A DNA stretch of 63,929 nucleotides, counting the filler, from Vezdaea acicularis (Eukaryota): assembly GCA_026025075.1 (NCBI GenBank). It is 3 parts of 3 records of this genome, joined end to end, with 100 filler letters (N's around TTAATTAATTAA, not from the genome) between each part and the next. Parts side by side here need not be neighbours in the genome. Positions count along the whole stretch, not along the records: positions 1 to 28,223 come from JAPEUI010000172.1; 2 more parts are not named here. The stretch is one strand, 5' to 3'. Every line of letters begins with the position of its first letter. The stretch's first letter is position 1. A program made the position numbers and the translations under genes. This document shows positions 9,001 to 20,858 of the stretch, in pieces. The notes beneath the pieces are model-generated. The model made no database searches. It was given only the letters and a program-made list of their open reading frames with translations, and was not told where the DNA came from.

Positions 9001-10987
9001 GCAACTCTCTAGAATCTCTTGACCTGAGACCATGGTCTCATAATGCTTCTGCTTCTGTTTTGTGGTCATGACAACAGCTGTGGCAGAAGTATCAAATTGA
9101 GGCCGACCAGCACGACCTAACATCTGCATGACTTCCAGGTCTGCATACTCCTTAAGGCCACTAGTGACCCAAGACACGGTGTTCTTGATGATCACCATAT
9201 GGCAAGGCAGATTTACTCCGACAGCAAGTGTCGAGGTGCAGCAGATCACATTGATTTGCCCTCGTAAGTACTCTCTTTCGATAATCTGTCGATCATTGCC
9301 GTCAATTCCTGCATGATGAAAGGCTACTCCTGATGAGATGCACGCTGTAGACTATCAGCAAGTGCTCTTCAGAACTTAAGACCTGCTTACCTTGGAGCTC
9401 CTTATTCTGTACCGTGATTTTCTGGGTTGGCGATGTCCAAAATCTGTCTCGAGGGCCGCACTTACTCCACCACTCTGCAAGATTCTTTGCTGTAGCCACG
9501 GCTGATGGTCGCGTACAGCAGAAAACCATAATTGGCTTCTTCTGCGAATGCCTCGCGATAACTTCAGTCATTCTTCCAGGGTCAGTACTGTTAGCTAACA
9601 CATAAGATGTGATGGCCTACTTAGATTCGCACACTTTATCAAAAGCAAAGTCATTACCACTAGAATTGTAGCCATACACGAACTTTTGGAGCTTCACTGG
9701 CCGAAACTCCTCCCCGAAGGTCTCTCGATAAGCCGGTAAATGCTGGTTCGTACTGTCTTTGCCCAGCCATGATGCAATATCGTCAGAATTTGGAACCGTC
9801 GCAGAGAGCGCGACAAAGCGGACAGCTGACCCTACAGACTTCATTCGAGACACCACAGCTTCTAAAGTAGCTCCTCTTGACTCTTTCAAGATATGGACTT
9901 CGTCAATGAGGAAGAGCTTGACCAGCTGCATCAGCTTCTGATGATCTTTCCACTTCCTCGTCACGCTGTCCCACTTCTCAGGGGTTGTGATTATGATACT
10001 AGCATTCTGAACATTCCTCAGCTGGCTGAATTCCGTATCCCCAGTAAGTTCCGCGCATTGCAAACCGAGAGGAGCGAATTTACTTTGCCAGTCTCGTTGC
10101 CGCTCCGAGCAAAGAGATTTTGTGGGGGCTTGGTAGACTATCTTGTACTGCTCTGCTTGGTAGCCAGACATGAGTCTGCAAATGGCAAGTTCGAGGATTG
10201 CGGTCTTGCCACTACCAGTGGGAGATGACATAACCACGTTGTCATCCGTGCTAAACACAGCCTTAAAGCATTTTGATTGTACAGCGTTGAAGTGGGGAAA
10301 GGGAAATATGACTCGAAAGCGACCTGGTAGGTCTGCTGTCTGAATTAGTGGTATTCCCGATGCCATAAGAGGAGCTTGGCCGACATGAAGGGCCCGAGGA
10401 GAAAGCAAAGCCTCGGATGCATTAGCTGAGCCGGTCTGGCAAGGCTGGTTTGAGCCATTATCTCGACGCAAATGGTCATTTCGTCGCTTCGTTACACCAA
10501 CAGTTGGACTTGAGAACCCAGCGGACGGGGACGACGACCTTTCCTGATTCCCGCACGAAGGCGCTTCATGAACGAATTGAGCTATTACCGGTAAGCATAT
10601 GAGACGCACATAATTACATCAGGTAAAATGACATAGCTGTGATCTCAAATGCAACTGATGCGGTCTTGGCGATACTGGCATTACATGGCTAATCCGCCGG
10701 GCACTACTATTACTCGAGTAAGGTCGGCCCTGAGGAGCGGGCAAGGTCAACCTTTGCCCGCCATTAGAGGCCTGCCACAGCCTCGACTCGTGTTCATTGC
10801 TAAGAAGGGCACGATCTAATGTAATCAGCTACCTGAAGAGAATTTTGGAATTAAAAGGATCCTAACCGAAGTCATCCAAAGCTATGTCATCTTGAGATGG
10901 CTGGGCATCTTCAAATGTCCCTCGATTCTTAGTAGAGAGTGGCGCTCCTCCGAACCCAGCGGATGAATGGTCGTAGTAATTTGACAT
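6026..10987 (-). CDS. MER3: Meiotic DExH helicase Mer3/HFM1 (multi-exon; start codon uncertain)
   Basis: Spliced ORFs give SPTGSGKT (Walker A), LIDEVH, ALSAT, TSTLAVGVNLP and QMLGRAGRPQFD, then a Sec63-like region and the C-terminal LDNGKWACNHKCKD...CKHLCCREG zinc motif typical of Mer3. Confidence 0.9.
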
Positions 10988-11684
10988 TTCTGGCTTCGAT
11001 ACAGAAAAATTAAAGGGGTTATCAGAGTTTGGGCGGGATGGTGCCTGGCCCTTAGTTTTACCAAAAGAGCGGCTGATAGATCCGCCCCTCGAGACAGAAT
11101 GGCCTAATGGTGGGTCTTCAATGGCCTGTAGAAATGAGACAAAGCAGATATACTTATACAGAAGGAATAGTGTTGTTGTGGTAAGGAAGAAGCGGATAAA
11201 TAGTTTAGGAGGTGTCAAACCCAGGCCCGTACAGAGATCCGAACACGTGGATCCCACCCCATTCTATCACCCAGTCAAAACTAGCTATCTTTGCGAACGA
11301 ACAGATATCTTTGTATTTAAACCGATCTATGCCTGAGTCAATGCATTCGTAAGCCAGCCCACTTCAAAAGATGGTAAAAATAAAAACGCCGCGAGCCTAC
11401 ACAAGGCTCTTGATGGAGGCCAATGCCCCAGAGCCGCCGAGGATGAGTTGGTGGTCCGCACAAACGCCCCCAACATATCTACACCGCCTGTCATATTTTT
11501 CTTGCTTCCTTTTCCAGGTCCCATCCCACGCTATGACATAGTAGAATACCCAAAGCTGCCGAAACTGTAACCGGGCCCTTATCAACGATGCCGCTCGAGC
11601 TAAGATCAACCTGCTCCCATGCCGCGGATGCTGATGCTGCACACTAACGACACGATTCAATCTTGTGCGAAATCTGAACGTGGT

Positions 11685-13212
11685 CTACTCGTCCCGTTTC
11701 GGGAACTTTGCTCGGCCGGACGCCATCCGTGAATGGTGTCTTAGAGGTGAATTCGGTCTCGATGTTGACAGCCCCATACTGTTAGCAGAAGCGGACAAAG
11801 AACCATTGACTTGGTCTTCATAGCGTGGAGTATCCAATCCGCCGATTGTGGTTTTTTCGAAATCCGCAATCTTGATGGGAGGAGGGCGCATTCGTTCCTT
11901 GCTGCTATAGAGATATGTCGCGAACATGACGATCGATGTGCCAATGACAAACTAGATCGGCGCGTTAGAAGGTAAAGCTTCGTGGAGAAGGTCGAAAACT
12001 TACACTGGCTGTGATAGGAAACTCGAAGAACCAGACACTAGCCACAAAACTGATCACGATGCTGATACTTGTAGCGAAGTTCTTCGCAATGTTATCTGCG
12101 TAGTTCACACACAGCGCCACAACGACACCCCCAAATGCCTGAACTCCAATCAAAGTGAAGACCACCCAATTGTAACCTACAAAGAAGCCGTCCCTCGCGA
12201 TCTCTTCGCCATCCTTCAGGAGCACTCCAATGATGAACGCTGGAAATAGCGAATAGAATGATAGCTGGACATTTCGGATCCATAGGGAGGTCGTTGATCC
12301 TTTGAGGACTTTCTCAAAGTAGACACCGGCAAGTCCCGACAAGACGCATGCTATGATCACGGAGACGAGTCCAACTGCACCATTCATGGTTGGGTGCGCA
12401 AGGCCTATATCCTCGTCGATGCCTTCGTAAGTTGCTGAACGTTTCGTTAGATGTGCCGCTGCAGAGCCACCTAAGTATCGTAGGTCGTCCAATGATCGAG
12501 GGAAGTAGAATCGGGACTTTGCATCTCCAATCGGTGACAATCTTGAAGAGTCCGCCGTGGGCAGTTGAACAATTGCAACACCGAGCGTAAGAAGAACGAG
12601 CGCCATCCATTTCCTGCCTGAAAGGCTACGCCCCAGGATTGTCACACTGAATAGCGCCGTAGTGAGGATCTTGAGTTGGTAAGTCACCTGGAAGGTCGCG
12701 GCGTCAAGATTGCTAACAGCAATGTATTGAAGCGAATTGCCAAACGTGTAAAGTAGGGCTGGGATGGCCAGCTTCCAGTGATCGGGGGTGAAGACAGCAT
12801 TGTACAAAGAGATGAAGAGAGAGGTTGCCGTTGTTTGTTGGGGGAGTGTTCGTGAAATGTCGTAAAGCGCAACAGTGAGGCAGGCAGCCAGCTTAACCAC
12901 CTCATTAAGAGAAACGGCCGTAGAAGTGAGGTATCGATGCCCGCCCACCAAGGGCATTATTCGAGAGTAATGCATGATCTAGAGTTTTTGTCAGTTGCTA
13001 CAAGCTTTCCGGTCTGCGGACGGAAGCCACGCTCTCAGGTCGTACCAGTATGAGCGCTGAATTTTGGAATGTAAGCTACAGGTGAAAATTAGTCCATGGG
13101 CTCTGATTCACAATGTCGTAGACATCAGCCAACACTGGCATACCGTAATCAACGAGACATGCTTCATGGGAATGCCCATCCAGTGAGCATTTTGGTAGGG
13201 CGCGTCCGCCAT
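11685..13212 (-). CDS. Nucleotide-sugar (UDP-galactose-type, SLC35A/Gms1-like) transporter, 4 exons
   Basis: MADAPYQNAHWMGIPMKHVSLIT from 13212. Motifs LAIPALLY, AATFQVTYQLKILTTA, GLAGVYFEKVLK, WIRNVQLS and YADNIAKNFATSISI; multiple TM segments. Confidence 0.88.
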
Positions 13213-13991
13213 TTTTTACTCGTCAGCGCCCCCTTTCCGCGGAGAAATTGGGCGGTTCGCCGATGGGAGAGGACGAGCAAAGGTCGTTGTGATAAGTCCT
13301 CAAATACGTCTCAAGCAGCGATAAACGTCTCGTACAGGCAAATTTCGTCAAGGTGTAAAGAGCGTTGTCAAAGAGCGGTGGTAAGAAAGTGCAGAAGTTA
13401 AAAGCTGGTGGAGAAATGGGTGACACGTTAAAATCGGGATTCTGGCTGAGCGAGCCACATGGATCGTCGCTAGCGCGTGCTGGGCCGGCCGGGTCCAAAA
13501 GCAGGGTGGCTCCATTTGAAGCGGAACCTAAAGATCGGCGCTAAACCGTAGTGGGCCGCCCCCAGACTCTGCGGCGTGTCGTCTGACTTGTCCCTGGGGC
13601 CATCGGGACAACGACGTCGGCGCTCATGTCAGAGTGACACTCTTCTTGCATCTTGCACTGTCAGGCGCTTTCGCGACCGTCCACCCCACCGCTTCTCCGC
13701 TTTCCCGTATCATTGCGTGACGCATACTGCAAATGATCATTCCCACGCCTTCTAGTTGCGAGGTCGGAGAAAGAGACGCCTTTGTGGCACTGTATGTCGG
13801 ATTAGCAGCGCTAATGCAACAGTTCGGCACACCGCCATAGGGCTTCTCCGCCGTACCTGCATCGCATTAAGCAGTCCCAAACACATCAAATCAAATCTCC
13901 ATCTCAATGCCAAGGCTATGATATCTCCTGTGCCCTGGGTGTGCATTTCCCGTACGTATCCCAACTCAACGCCCCATATTTCTTTCTTTCT

Positions 13992-16900
13992 CTACCCTTT
14001 TCTCCCCTTGAACATCTCCACCATCCCCTCCTCCCCCCTCCTGACGGCCATCTCCTCCGCGGTCTCCCCTGCCCCATTACGATGAGCGTAGTCAAGATGA
14101 TTCCTCTTCTCCATCAACACCCTTAAAGAAGCCTCACTTCCCCCCTCGACCGCTAATTGCAAGGTCGATTTTCCCCTCCCATCCAACCCCCTAGCATTCG
14201 CTCCCTTGTCTAGCAGCATCTTCACAACTGCCGCTTTCCCCTTGGTCAGCGCCATTCCCAGCGCATTGATTCCCTCCTCGTTCTTTATATCGATATCCGC
14301 TCCCCTCTCTACCAGTAGCTCACAGATACTCTCGCACTTTTCCAAACCCATCGCATTGAGCAGCGCTGTATCACCCTGCTTGTCCTGGTGATTTATATCC
14401 GCCCCCCTATCCAACAAAAGCGTGATCAGTTCCTCACTCTGTGCACTAATGGCATGATGGAGCGGAGTGTTCCCATTCTGCGTCACCGTCTCAACCTGCG
14501 CCCCTCTGTCCAGCAGCCAGCTCGCAACGTCCAATCTACCTCGTCTTACGGCGATTGCAAGGGGCGTGTATCCTATCTTTGCATATCCTCGCTCATGCAG
14601 GTCCGCCCCTGCCGCAGCAAGCTCTTTAACAGCAAGAAGGCACCCAGCTTGTGCAGCTAAGAAGAGTGCCGTGCAGCCCTTCTGGTTGCGCAGGCCAACA
14701 TTAATGCCTGGTAGTGATAGGAGATGAGCCACTATGTCAGCGCGCCCCGTTAGAGCTGCAATCATGAGGGCCGTCATGCCATCGTCGCCAGAGGTATTAT
14801 TGATTTCCGCACCAGCCTGCGAGATGGCTTTCACTACATCAAGGTTACCGCTGTAGACAGCTTGTCGCAGCACAGCCTTGGGCTCTGCATGCACGTCGGC
14901 GCCCGCTTCAAGCAGGGCAACCACACAGCCCAGTTCACCCGCGCCCGCCGTCAGCGTGAGCACGTCTTCGCCGCCGTTATCTTTGGCGGTCAGGTCGGCT
15001 TTCGCCTGGAGCAAGACCCTGACGACGTCAAGATGGCCAGCCATGGCGGCAAAGACGAGGGGAGTACGGGAATACGAGCTGCGGCTATCAACATCGGCGC
15101 CGTTGTCGAGCAACAAGCGCACGACGTCAACCCCACCCTCAGCGGCGGCGTAGTGGAGGGGGGTGACGCCAGACTTGGCGTGTACGTTTATGACGGCGCC
15201 CTTGGCAATTAGAGCTTGGGCCATGAGGCTGTTGGTCTTGGCGGCGGCGACATGGAGAGTGGTTTGGCCGAGGTCGTCTCCCACGTTGACGGGGGCGCCA
15301 GCTTCGAGGAGAAGGTGCACGAGCTCAGGGTTGCCGCTTTCGCAGGCAAGGTGGAGCGGTGTCACGCCTTTTTCGGCGGCGGCATTGAGAGGGACACCTT
15401 TCGAAATTAAGAGCTGCATGATGGACTCATTGCTGTAGGCGGCCATGTGGAGTGCGTTGGCGCCGTCTCCATCTTGATGGAAGGGGTCCGCGCCGTACTC
15501 TAAGAGCATACTAATATTGCCTTCGCAAGAATTGCGGATGGCAACGAATAGGGCATTTCCCCCATTCTCAAAAGTGGCATTGATGTCGGCACCTGCATCT
15601 AAGAGCATCTTGATGGCCTGAGGCCTATCTACGGCAGAGCAGGATATAAGCGGTGTCCGCCCATAACTGTCCCGACCCTCGATATCGGCGCCTCTGTCCA
15701 GTAGGAGGTGGAGGTTCCGTTTTTCGTCACCTTGGCCAAATACAAGCGCGAGTAGTGTGACCTTTTCATCCCGCTTTTTCTTCAGGTCGAAGTTCATCTC
15801 GTCGAGGAGATACTCAATCATCTCGGAGTTTCCTTTCATTACGGCGTGATGGAATGGAGTGCACTCGATATTGTTCATGATATCAATATCCGCACCTGCT
15901 TCACATATTATCTTAAGGTATTTCAGTTGCTCGCTCCAAGCCACCGCATGTGCCACGGTCCAGCCGTTGCTTCCTTGATGATTGATATCAATGCCCCGAT
16001 TAATTAAAAGCCGATATATAGCTTCGTGCGCTTCGTCATCCCCCATTGTAGCCGCATACAGAGCGTTCATGCCTGCTGGGCCTTCGGTTTGAATGTCTGC
16101 CCCACTATCGAGAAACAAACGGACTATTTCCTCATTCCCTCGATCAACTGCTCGGATAAGGGGGGTCTTTGAATTCTCGGCTTTTACATCTACGGCCGCG
16201 CCCGCTTCAAGTAGTATTCGAGCGATATCGACATCGTTCGCCGAATGAAGGGGGACTTCTCCCCATTTATCGGATGTGTTGAGATCGGCTCCTTTATCAA
16301 GAAAGAAGCGAACTGCTTCCTTATGCGCGAGATAGACTGCCCGGTTCAAGGGTGTCTCTCGGCTCTCCGAGGATAACATGTTGATATCCATACCTGGCCG
16401 CTGGAGTATTATCTCAGCGACATCTGATGTAAGTGCGACATGGAGTGCAGTGTTGCCCATATTATCGCCTTTGGTCACATCTGCCCCTTGTTCAATACAA
16501 TATTCAACAAATGCTTTGTTTCCGCATAGAGCAGCAACATAGATGGGAGTGCAGCCGAATTCGCCCTCAATGTCGATTAGAAGATCCCTACCCAACAGAA
16601 TCTCAGCAATAGAAACGTGGCCAGCTGATGCAGCTATGTGCAGGAGTGTTGCTTGATCCAAAGATCTGGCATTTATGTCGGCGCCATGGTCAAGCAGGAG
16701 CTGAGTAAGCTTGAGTGCGGTTTCTTCGTTCTCTAATCCGACCGCATGGAACAGGGCGGTCGTTCCAATGTTTGATCTAGCGTCAATGTTTGCTCCTGAA
16801 GCCAAGAGCAAGGTGACTGTTTCCTCGTGCCCGTTCATAACTGCCAATTGCAGTGGGGTCTTCCCACTTTTAGAATTTGCCAGGTCTAGGTCGAGATCTT

Positions 16901-19900
16901 TAACCTTTTCGACGAAGAGTGAGACGATGGATGTGTAGCCATACCCAGCAGCCGAGTGGAGGGAGTTGTATTGACCTGGATCGTCAGGATCCATCACAAA
17001 AGAAACTCCACGTCCAAGGAGAAGCCGCACTACATCTTCATGCCCATTCTGGGAAGCTAGCAGTAAGCTGTTGCATTTGAATTGCTCGATGCCGACACCA
17101 ATATTGTTCATATCCGCACCTCTGTCTAGGAGAAGTTTAAGGACTAGGACATGACCGTTCTCGGCGGCTAGGGTGCCAGCCTGAAATCCACCATCATTGG
17201 TTGCCGCGACATCCGCACCAGCCGCAAGCAGAAGCTGTACTGCCTCAAGGTCACCCTCTCGCGCCGCCAGGTGAAGAGGACTGTTGCCTTCGTTGCCTTT
17301 TGCTTGAACGTTGGCGCCCCGTTGTAGAAGCAATTCGACAACGCTCGTCATCCCATGATCAGCTGCTAAATGCAACGGGGCGTTGTTTACGTTATTCTGG
17401 ATATCGACTGGGGCACCGTGGTCAAGTAAAAACCTGACCATGCTTTCACACTTGTTGTCCAGTGCGGAATGGGTGACTGTTGATTTGAAAGTATCCTCCG
17501 CTTTGATGTCAGCGCCATGGTCAAGAAGGAGCTGGACTATCTCAAGGGGTTTGCCTGTCCGCATAGCATATTGCAATGGACGAGAGCCTGTGCCGTCTTT
17601 TGCATTGGCATCAATACCGTATTCCAACAGAATCTTGACCTTCTCGACGGATCCAAGCTCGGACGCCAGGTGTAATGCACTTACGCGGTCCAAATCTGGA
17701 GTGTTGACAAGAGCTCCAGACCTCAAAAGCAGCCTCATTACAGCAGCGCTTTCGGGCTCCGACTCAGCCGCGGCGCATAGAAGTGGAGTCAGACCCGAGT
17801 CATTCGAGATATTGAGATCGGCGTTTCCAACATCCATCAGCAAGCGGGCAGTTGACTCGCTCCCTATAGCAAAGTGGAGAGCGGTGTTCCCAACCTCGTT
17901 TACCGCATCCACCTCTATTCCATCCTGCCGAAGCAGTAAGTGAACTGTTGAATCGTGCTTCTTTCTGGCTGCTACCATTAAGGCAGTATCAAGCAATTCG
18001 TGCTTGCCATTGAGCTCCGCTCCTTCGTCGAGTAAGAGCTGTACCGCATCATCAAGGCCCTTTTGTGCTGCGAAGAGCAAGGCCGAATCGTTAGCTTTAG
18101 TCCTTATGCGGACATCTGCCCCCTTTTCTATTAGAAGTCGCATAATAGAGGGATTTTGTGTGGCCATCATTAGGGGAGTGACATTATTGTCGTTCCCAAG
18201 GTTCAAACCCGCACCAGCATCAATTAAGAGGTTAACTATTGCAATATTTTGAGGGAAACACGCAAGGACAAGAGGTGGCTCGCCGCCTGTACACTTCTCG
18301 TTCGCATCCACCCCACGAGATAATAGATATTTGACGGCCCCTTCATTATTGTTCAGGATTGCTTCAACAAGAGGAGTTTGGCCATGTGTGGTCTTAGAAG
18401 AAGTATCTGCACCATATTCGAGTAGAAGCTGTATGATCTCAGTATTGCCATTTCTCCCAGCGACATGTATGGGTTGGAGTCCATTCTCGTCTCTGACCGA
18501 TATATCAGCGCCTCCCTGTAGTAACGCTCGAATGGTCTCGACGCGCCCCTTCGTGGCAGCTATATGAAGCGGCGCTGAAGTATCTGGGGGTGCCACCATG
18601 TCTTTCCCTCGTCCCACCAAGAATCCGACATAGCTCGCTGCTACGGGATCCGTGATATATGTGTCGGCCAAATAGTGCAACACGTTCCATCCAGCTTGGA
18701 ACCCGCTCTTCACCACGGCATCAATGTCAGCGCCACTATTACATAGCTCTACAACAAGGGAGCCCAAGCCGTACGAAGAGGCATGGTGAAGAGGGGTGTA
18801 TCCTCGAGAGTACTTCTGGCTATAACCGAATCGTTGGGTCGTTGGGAAAAGACTCATCCACAAACACTGAACGGTCTTCTCAAATCTCGAGGGCTGCGAA
18901 AGCAAATTTTTAGATAGCGTAGTGACATCTGGCGATTCATAATCGTGTGTCATTTGATGAGAATGGAATGCCCACTGACTAGATGCATATACGAAAAATG
19001 GATACTGAGCTTCAAATCTTTCAAAGCTTTCATCATTAGGACTAGGGCCATCTCCGCATGCATCAAATAGACAGTACGTGAGGCATGTCTTTGCTATCGC
19101 CTCCTGTGCGGTTGGAAATAGGCTCTGGAGCGATTCAAAAAACTCTTGCAGTGAAAAATGTACCAGACGAACAAGAGACGAGTCTGCATCAATCATGACA
19201 AGTCCTTGGCAAGAGTCTGTAATGCTAGATGTGAAGATTCTGATGGGCGTGAGATTGTCATTTTCAAGAGACTTATCCTCGAACCTTACTGCCAACGCAT
19301 GCCTCAGCGCGGCAACTGTCAGTCGATTACGAGCATGTGAAATCCACATGAGAATGCTCATTGCGAACGAGACTTTATCTTCCGGCTGACGATGAATTCT
19401 ATCCAGAGTTAATTGAAATTCTTCATACAAGGTCTTTGGGAGGTCTCTGATTGCTTCTCGTATGGCCGCTGGCGTTGACTTTTGGAGCACTGTTTGCACT
19501 TGAAGGGATGGCAATAAGAACATGCCCTGCGCCTTGCCAACAAGAGCAGAAATGATTTCTTCCTTAAGACCATCATCGATCAAATCCTCCATATCCTCGT
19601 CTTCCTCAATATGCTGTTCTATTTTCAGTGCCAACATGGTGCTGATGTCATTATCTGAAGCTTCAATTGTTGCCTGAATGAATTTCCGCATATGACGTTC
19701 AATATCCTTCAAGTTCGGTCGACTCGTCAGAAGGACCCTCGCACGGCTCTTCTCCAGTGCTGTCAGCAACTTCAATAAAGTAGGCCGATGCTTGGTTGGG
19801 TCACATTCGTCCAGGGCATCAACAATGATGTAAGTTGTTCGCTCATTGCAAAGATCAACTATAATCTTCTCAAAATCTGTGATGAGGGCCAGATCACCAG

Positions 19901-20858
19901 AAGCCCGCTCATTGTTGTAGAGATCTACGAGAGCCTTTGGAAGCTCTTTGCGGGTACTCAGTATTTGTTTCAACAGACTCCCTGACATCTGGCGCACATT
20001 CTGGCCTGTTTTCGGGTCCTGCTCGCGATAGTCGCAGTAGAGAAAGCCTAGTGCCACGTCTGCTACTGATTCATCCCGTGAAAGATGTTCGATAACGAGG
20101 CTTGATATGACAGTCTTTCCGGCTCCGGGTATGCCTTTACAACAGAAGACGTTCTCAGGCATGGATGGGTTCTTCCAGGTTTGAAAGGCTGGCAATTGCA
20201 GGAACCAATCTCCTGTGCCCTTTATGCGTCGAGAGTCCACTTCTAAGTGTTTGCGCTGAGGTTGGAGTGAGGAAAGCCACTCGAGTATCTTCATCTGATT
20301 TTCATCTCGTGTTCTCTGTAATATAGTCTTTACATCCGTCCGGACATCCTTGACGTCTGAAGTCATGACTCGAACCAACGCCCGTGTCTCTTTCACATCG
20401 TTTTTCATCGCGTTTGACAAGGCTAGATGGTCCATCTGTAGCGCAAGAGCAAAGACACTCCTCTGCCGCTCCAGGAGGGCAATTATATCCTTGATCTCCC
20501 CCGATTGAAACGGCCATTTCAACGTATTTGTGATAGTGCGAATTCTCTGAAAATCTTTCTTCGTTTCGCGCTCTATCCCCAATCTCTTAGCCACTCGCTC
20601 CAATGCGAGTTTATACAACTCTATCGGTCCCTCCGGCTTGCCCAGATCTTGTACCGCATACATCCATGGGTTTTCCAGCTCGGACAGCTCTATGAGATCC
20701 TTGAGCCGCAGCAACTCGCCTCGTGCATTGATGATCTCGTTGAACAACTGGGATTTCTCGTTCGCAGCATCCCTGACTTCTTTGATGTACTTAACAATCA
20801 CGCTGGAAAGCTGGAGTATAGCTATAATGCTGGCGGTGGTGCTAAGTGGGTCGGCCAT
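13992..20858 (-). CDS. Fungal NLR-like protein: HeLo-like N-terminus + NACHT + very long ankyrin array, intronless
   Basis: Starts MADPLSTTASIIAILQLS (likely ATG at 20858). GTGDWFL, GIPGAGKT (Walker A), IIVDALDEC (Walker B), LLTSR, GMFL and VRLVHFSLQEFF, then ~1600 aa of TPLHxA/LLxxGADVN ankyrin repeats. Confidence 0.93.
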   Translation of the reverse strand: MADPLSTTASIIAILQLSSVIVKYIKEVRDAANEKSQLFNEIINARGELLRLKDLIELSELENPWMYAVQDLGKPEGPIELYKLALERVAKRLGIERETKKDFQRIRTITNTLKWPFQSGEIKDIIALLERQRSVFALALQMDHLALSNAMKNDVKETRALVRVMTSDVKDVRTDVKTILQRTRDENQMKILEWLSSLQPQRKHLEVDSRRIKGTGDWFLQLPAFQTWKNPSMPENVFCCKGIPGAGKTVISSLVIEHLSRDESVADVALGFLYCDYREQDPKTGQNVRQMSGSLLKQILSTRKELPKALVDLYNNERASGDLALITDFEKIIVDLCNERTTYIIVDALDECDPTKHRPTLLKLLTALEKSRARVLLTSRPNLKDIERHMRKFIQATIEASDNDISTMLALKIEQHIEEDEDMEDLIDDGLKEEIISALVGKAQGMFLLPSLQVQTVLQKSTPAAIREAIRDLPKTLYEEFQLTLDRIHRQPEDKVSFAMSILMWISHARNRLTVAALRHALAVRFEDKSLENDNLTPIRIFTSSITDSCQGLVMIDADSSLVRLVHFSLQEFFESLQSLFPTAQEAIAKTCLTYCLFDACGDGPSPNDESFERFEAQYPFFVYASSQWAFHSHQMTHDYESPDVTTLSKNLLSQPSRFEKTVQCLWMSLFPTTQRFGYSQKYSRGYTPLHHASSYGLGSLVVELCNSGADIDAVVKSGFQAGWNVLHYLADTYITDPVAASYVGFLVGRGKDMVAPPDTSAPLHIAATKGRVETIRALLQGGADISVRDENGLQPIHVAGRNGNTEIIQLLLEYGADTSSKTTHGQTPLVEAILNNNEGAVKYLLSRGVDANEKCTGGEPPLVLACFPQNIAIVNLLIDAGAGLNLGNDNNVTPLMMATQNPSIMRLLIEKGADVRIRTKANDSALLFAAQKGLDDAVQLLLDEGAELNGKHELLDTALMVAARKKHDSTVHLLLRQDGIEVDAVNEVGNTALHFAIGSESTARLLMDVGNADLNISNDSGLTPLLCAAAESEPESAAVMRLLLRSGALVNTPDLDRVSALHLASELGSVEKVKILLEYGIDANAKDGTGSRPLQYAMRTGKPLEIVQLLLDHGADIKAEDTFKSTVTHSALDNKCESMVRFLLDHGAPVDIQNNVNNAPLHLAADHGMTSVVELLLQRGANVQAKGNEGNSPLHLAAREGDLEAVQLLLAAGADVAATNDGGFQAGTLAAENGHVLVLKLLLDRGADMNNIGVGIEQFKCNSLLLASQNGHEDVVRLLLGRGVSFVMDPDDPGQYNSLHSAAGYGYTSIVSLFVEKVKDLDLDLANSKSGKTPLQLAVMNGHEETVTLLLASGANIDARSNIGTTALFHAVGLENEETALKLTQLLLDHGADINARSLDQATLLHIAASAGHVSIAEILLGRDLLIDIEGEFGCTPIYVAALCGNKAFVEYCIEQGADVTKGDNMGNTALHVALTSDVAEIILQRPGMDINMLSSESRETPLNRAVYLAHKEAVRFFLDKGADLNTSDKWGEVPLHSANDVDIARILLEAGAAVDVKAENSKTPLIRAVDRGNEEIVRLFLDSGADIQTEGPAGMNALYAATMGDDEAHEAIYRLLINRGIDINHQGSNGWTVAHAVAWSEQLKYLKIICEAGADIDIMNNIECTPFHHAVMKGNSEMIEYLLDEMNFDLKKKRDEKVTLLALVFGQGDEKRNLHLLLDRGADIEGRDSYGRTPLISCSAVDRPQAIKMLLDAGADINATFENGGNALFVAIRNSCEGNISMLLEYGADPFHQDGDGANALHMAAYSNESIMQLLISKGVPLNAAAEKGVTPLHLACESGNPELVHLLLEAGAPVNVGDDLGQTTLHVAAAKTNSLMAQALIAKGAVINVHAKSGVTPLHYAAAEGGVDVVRLLLDNGADVDSRSSYSRTPLVFAAMAGHLDVVRVLLQAKADLTAKDNGGEDVLTLTAGAGELGCVVALLEAGADVHAEPKAVLRQAVYSGNLDVVKAISQAGAEINNTSGDDGMTALMIAALTGRADIVAHLLSLPGINVGLRNQKGCTALFLAAQAGCLLAVKELAAAGADLHERGYAKIGYTPLAIAVRRGRLDVASWLLDRGAQVETVTQNGNTPLHHAISAQSEELITLLLDRGADINHQDKQGDTALLNAMGLEKCESICELLVERGADIDIKNEEGINALGMALTKGKAAVVKMLLDKGANARGLDGRGKSTLQLAVEGGSEASLRVLMEKRNHLDYAHRNGAGETAEEMAVRRGEEGMVEMFKGRKG

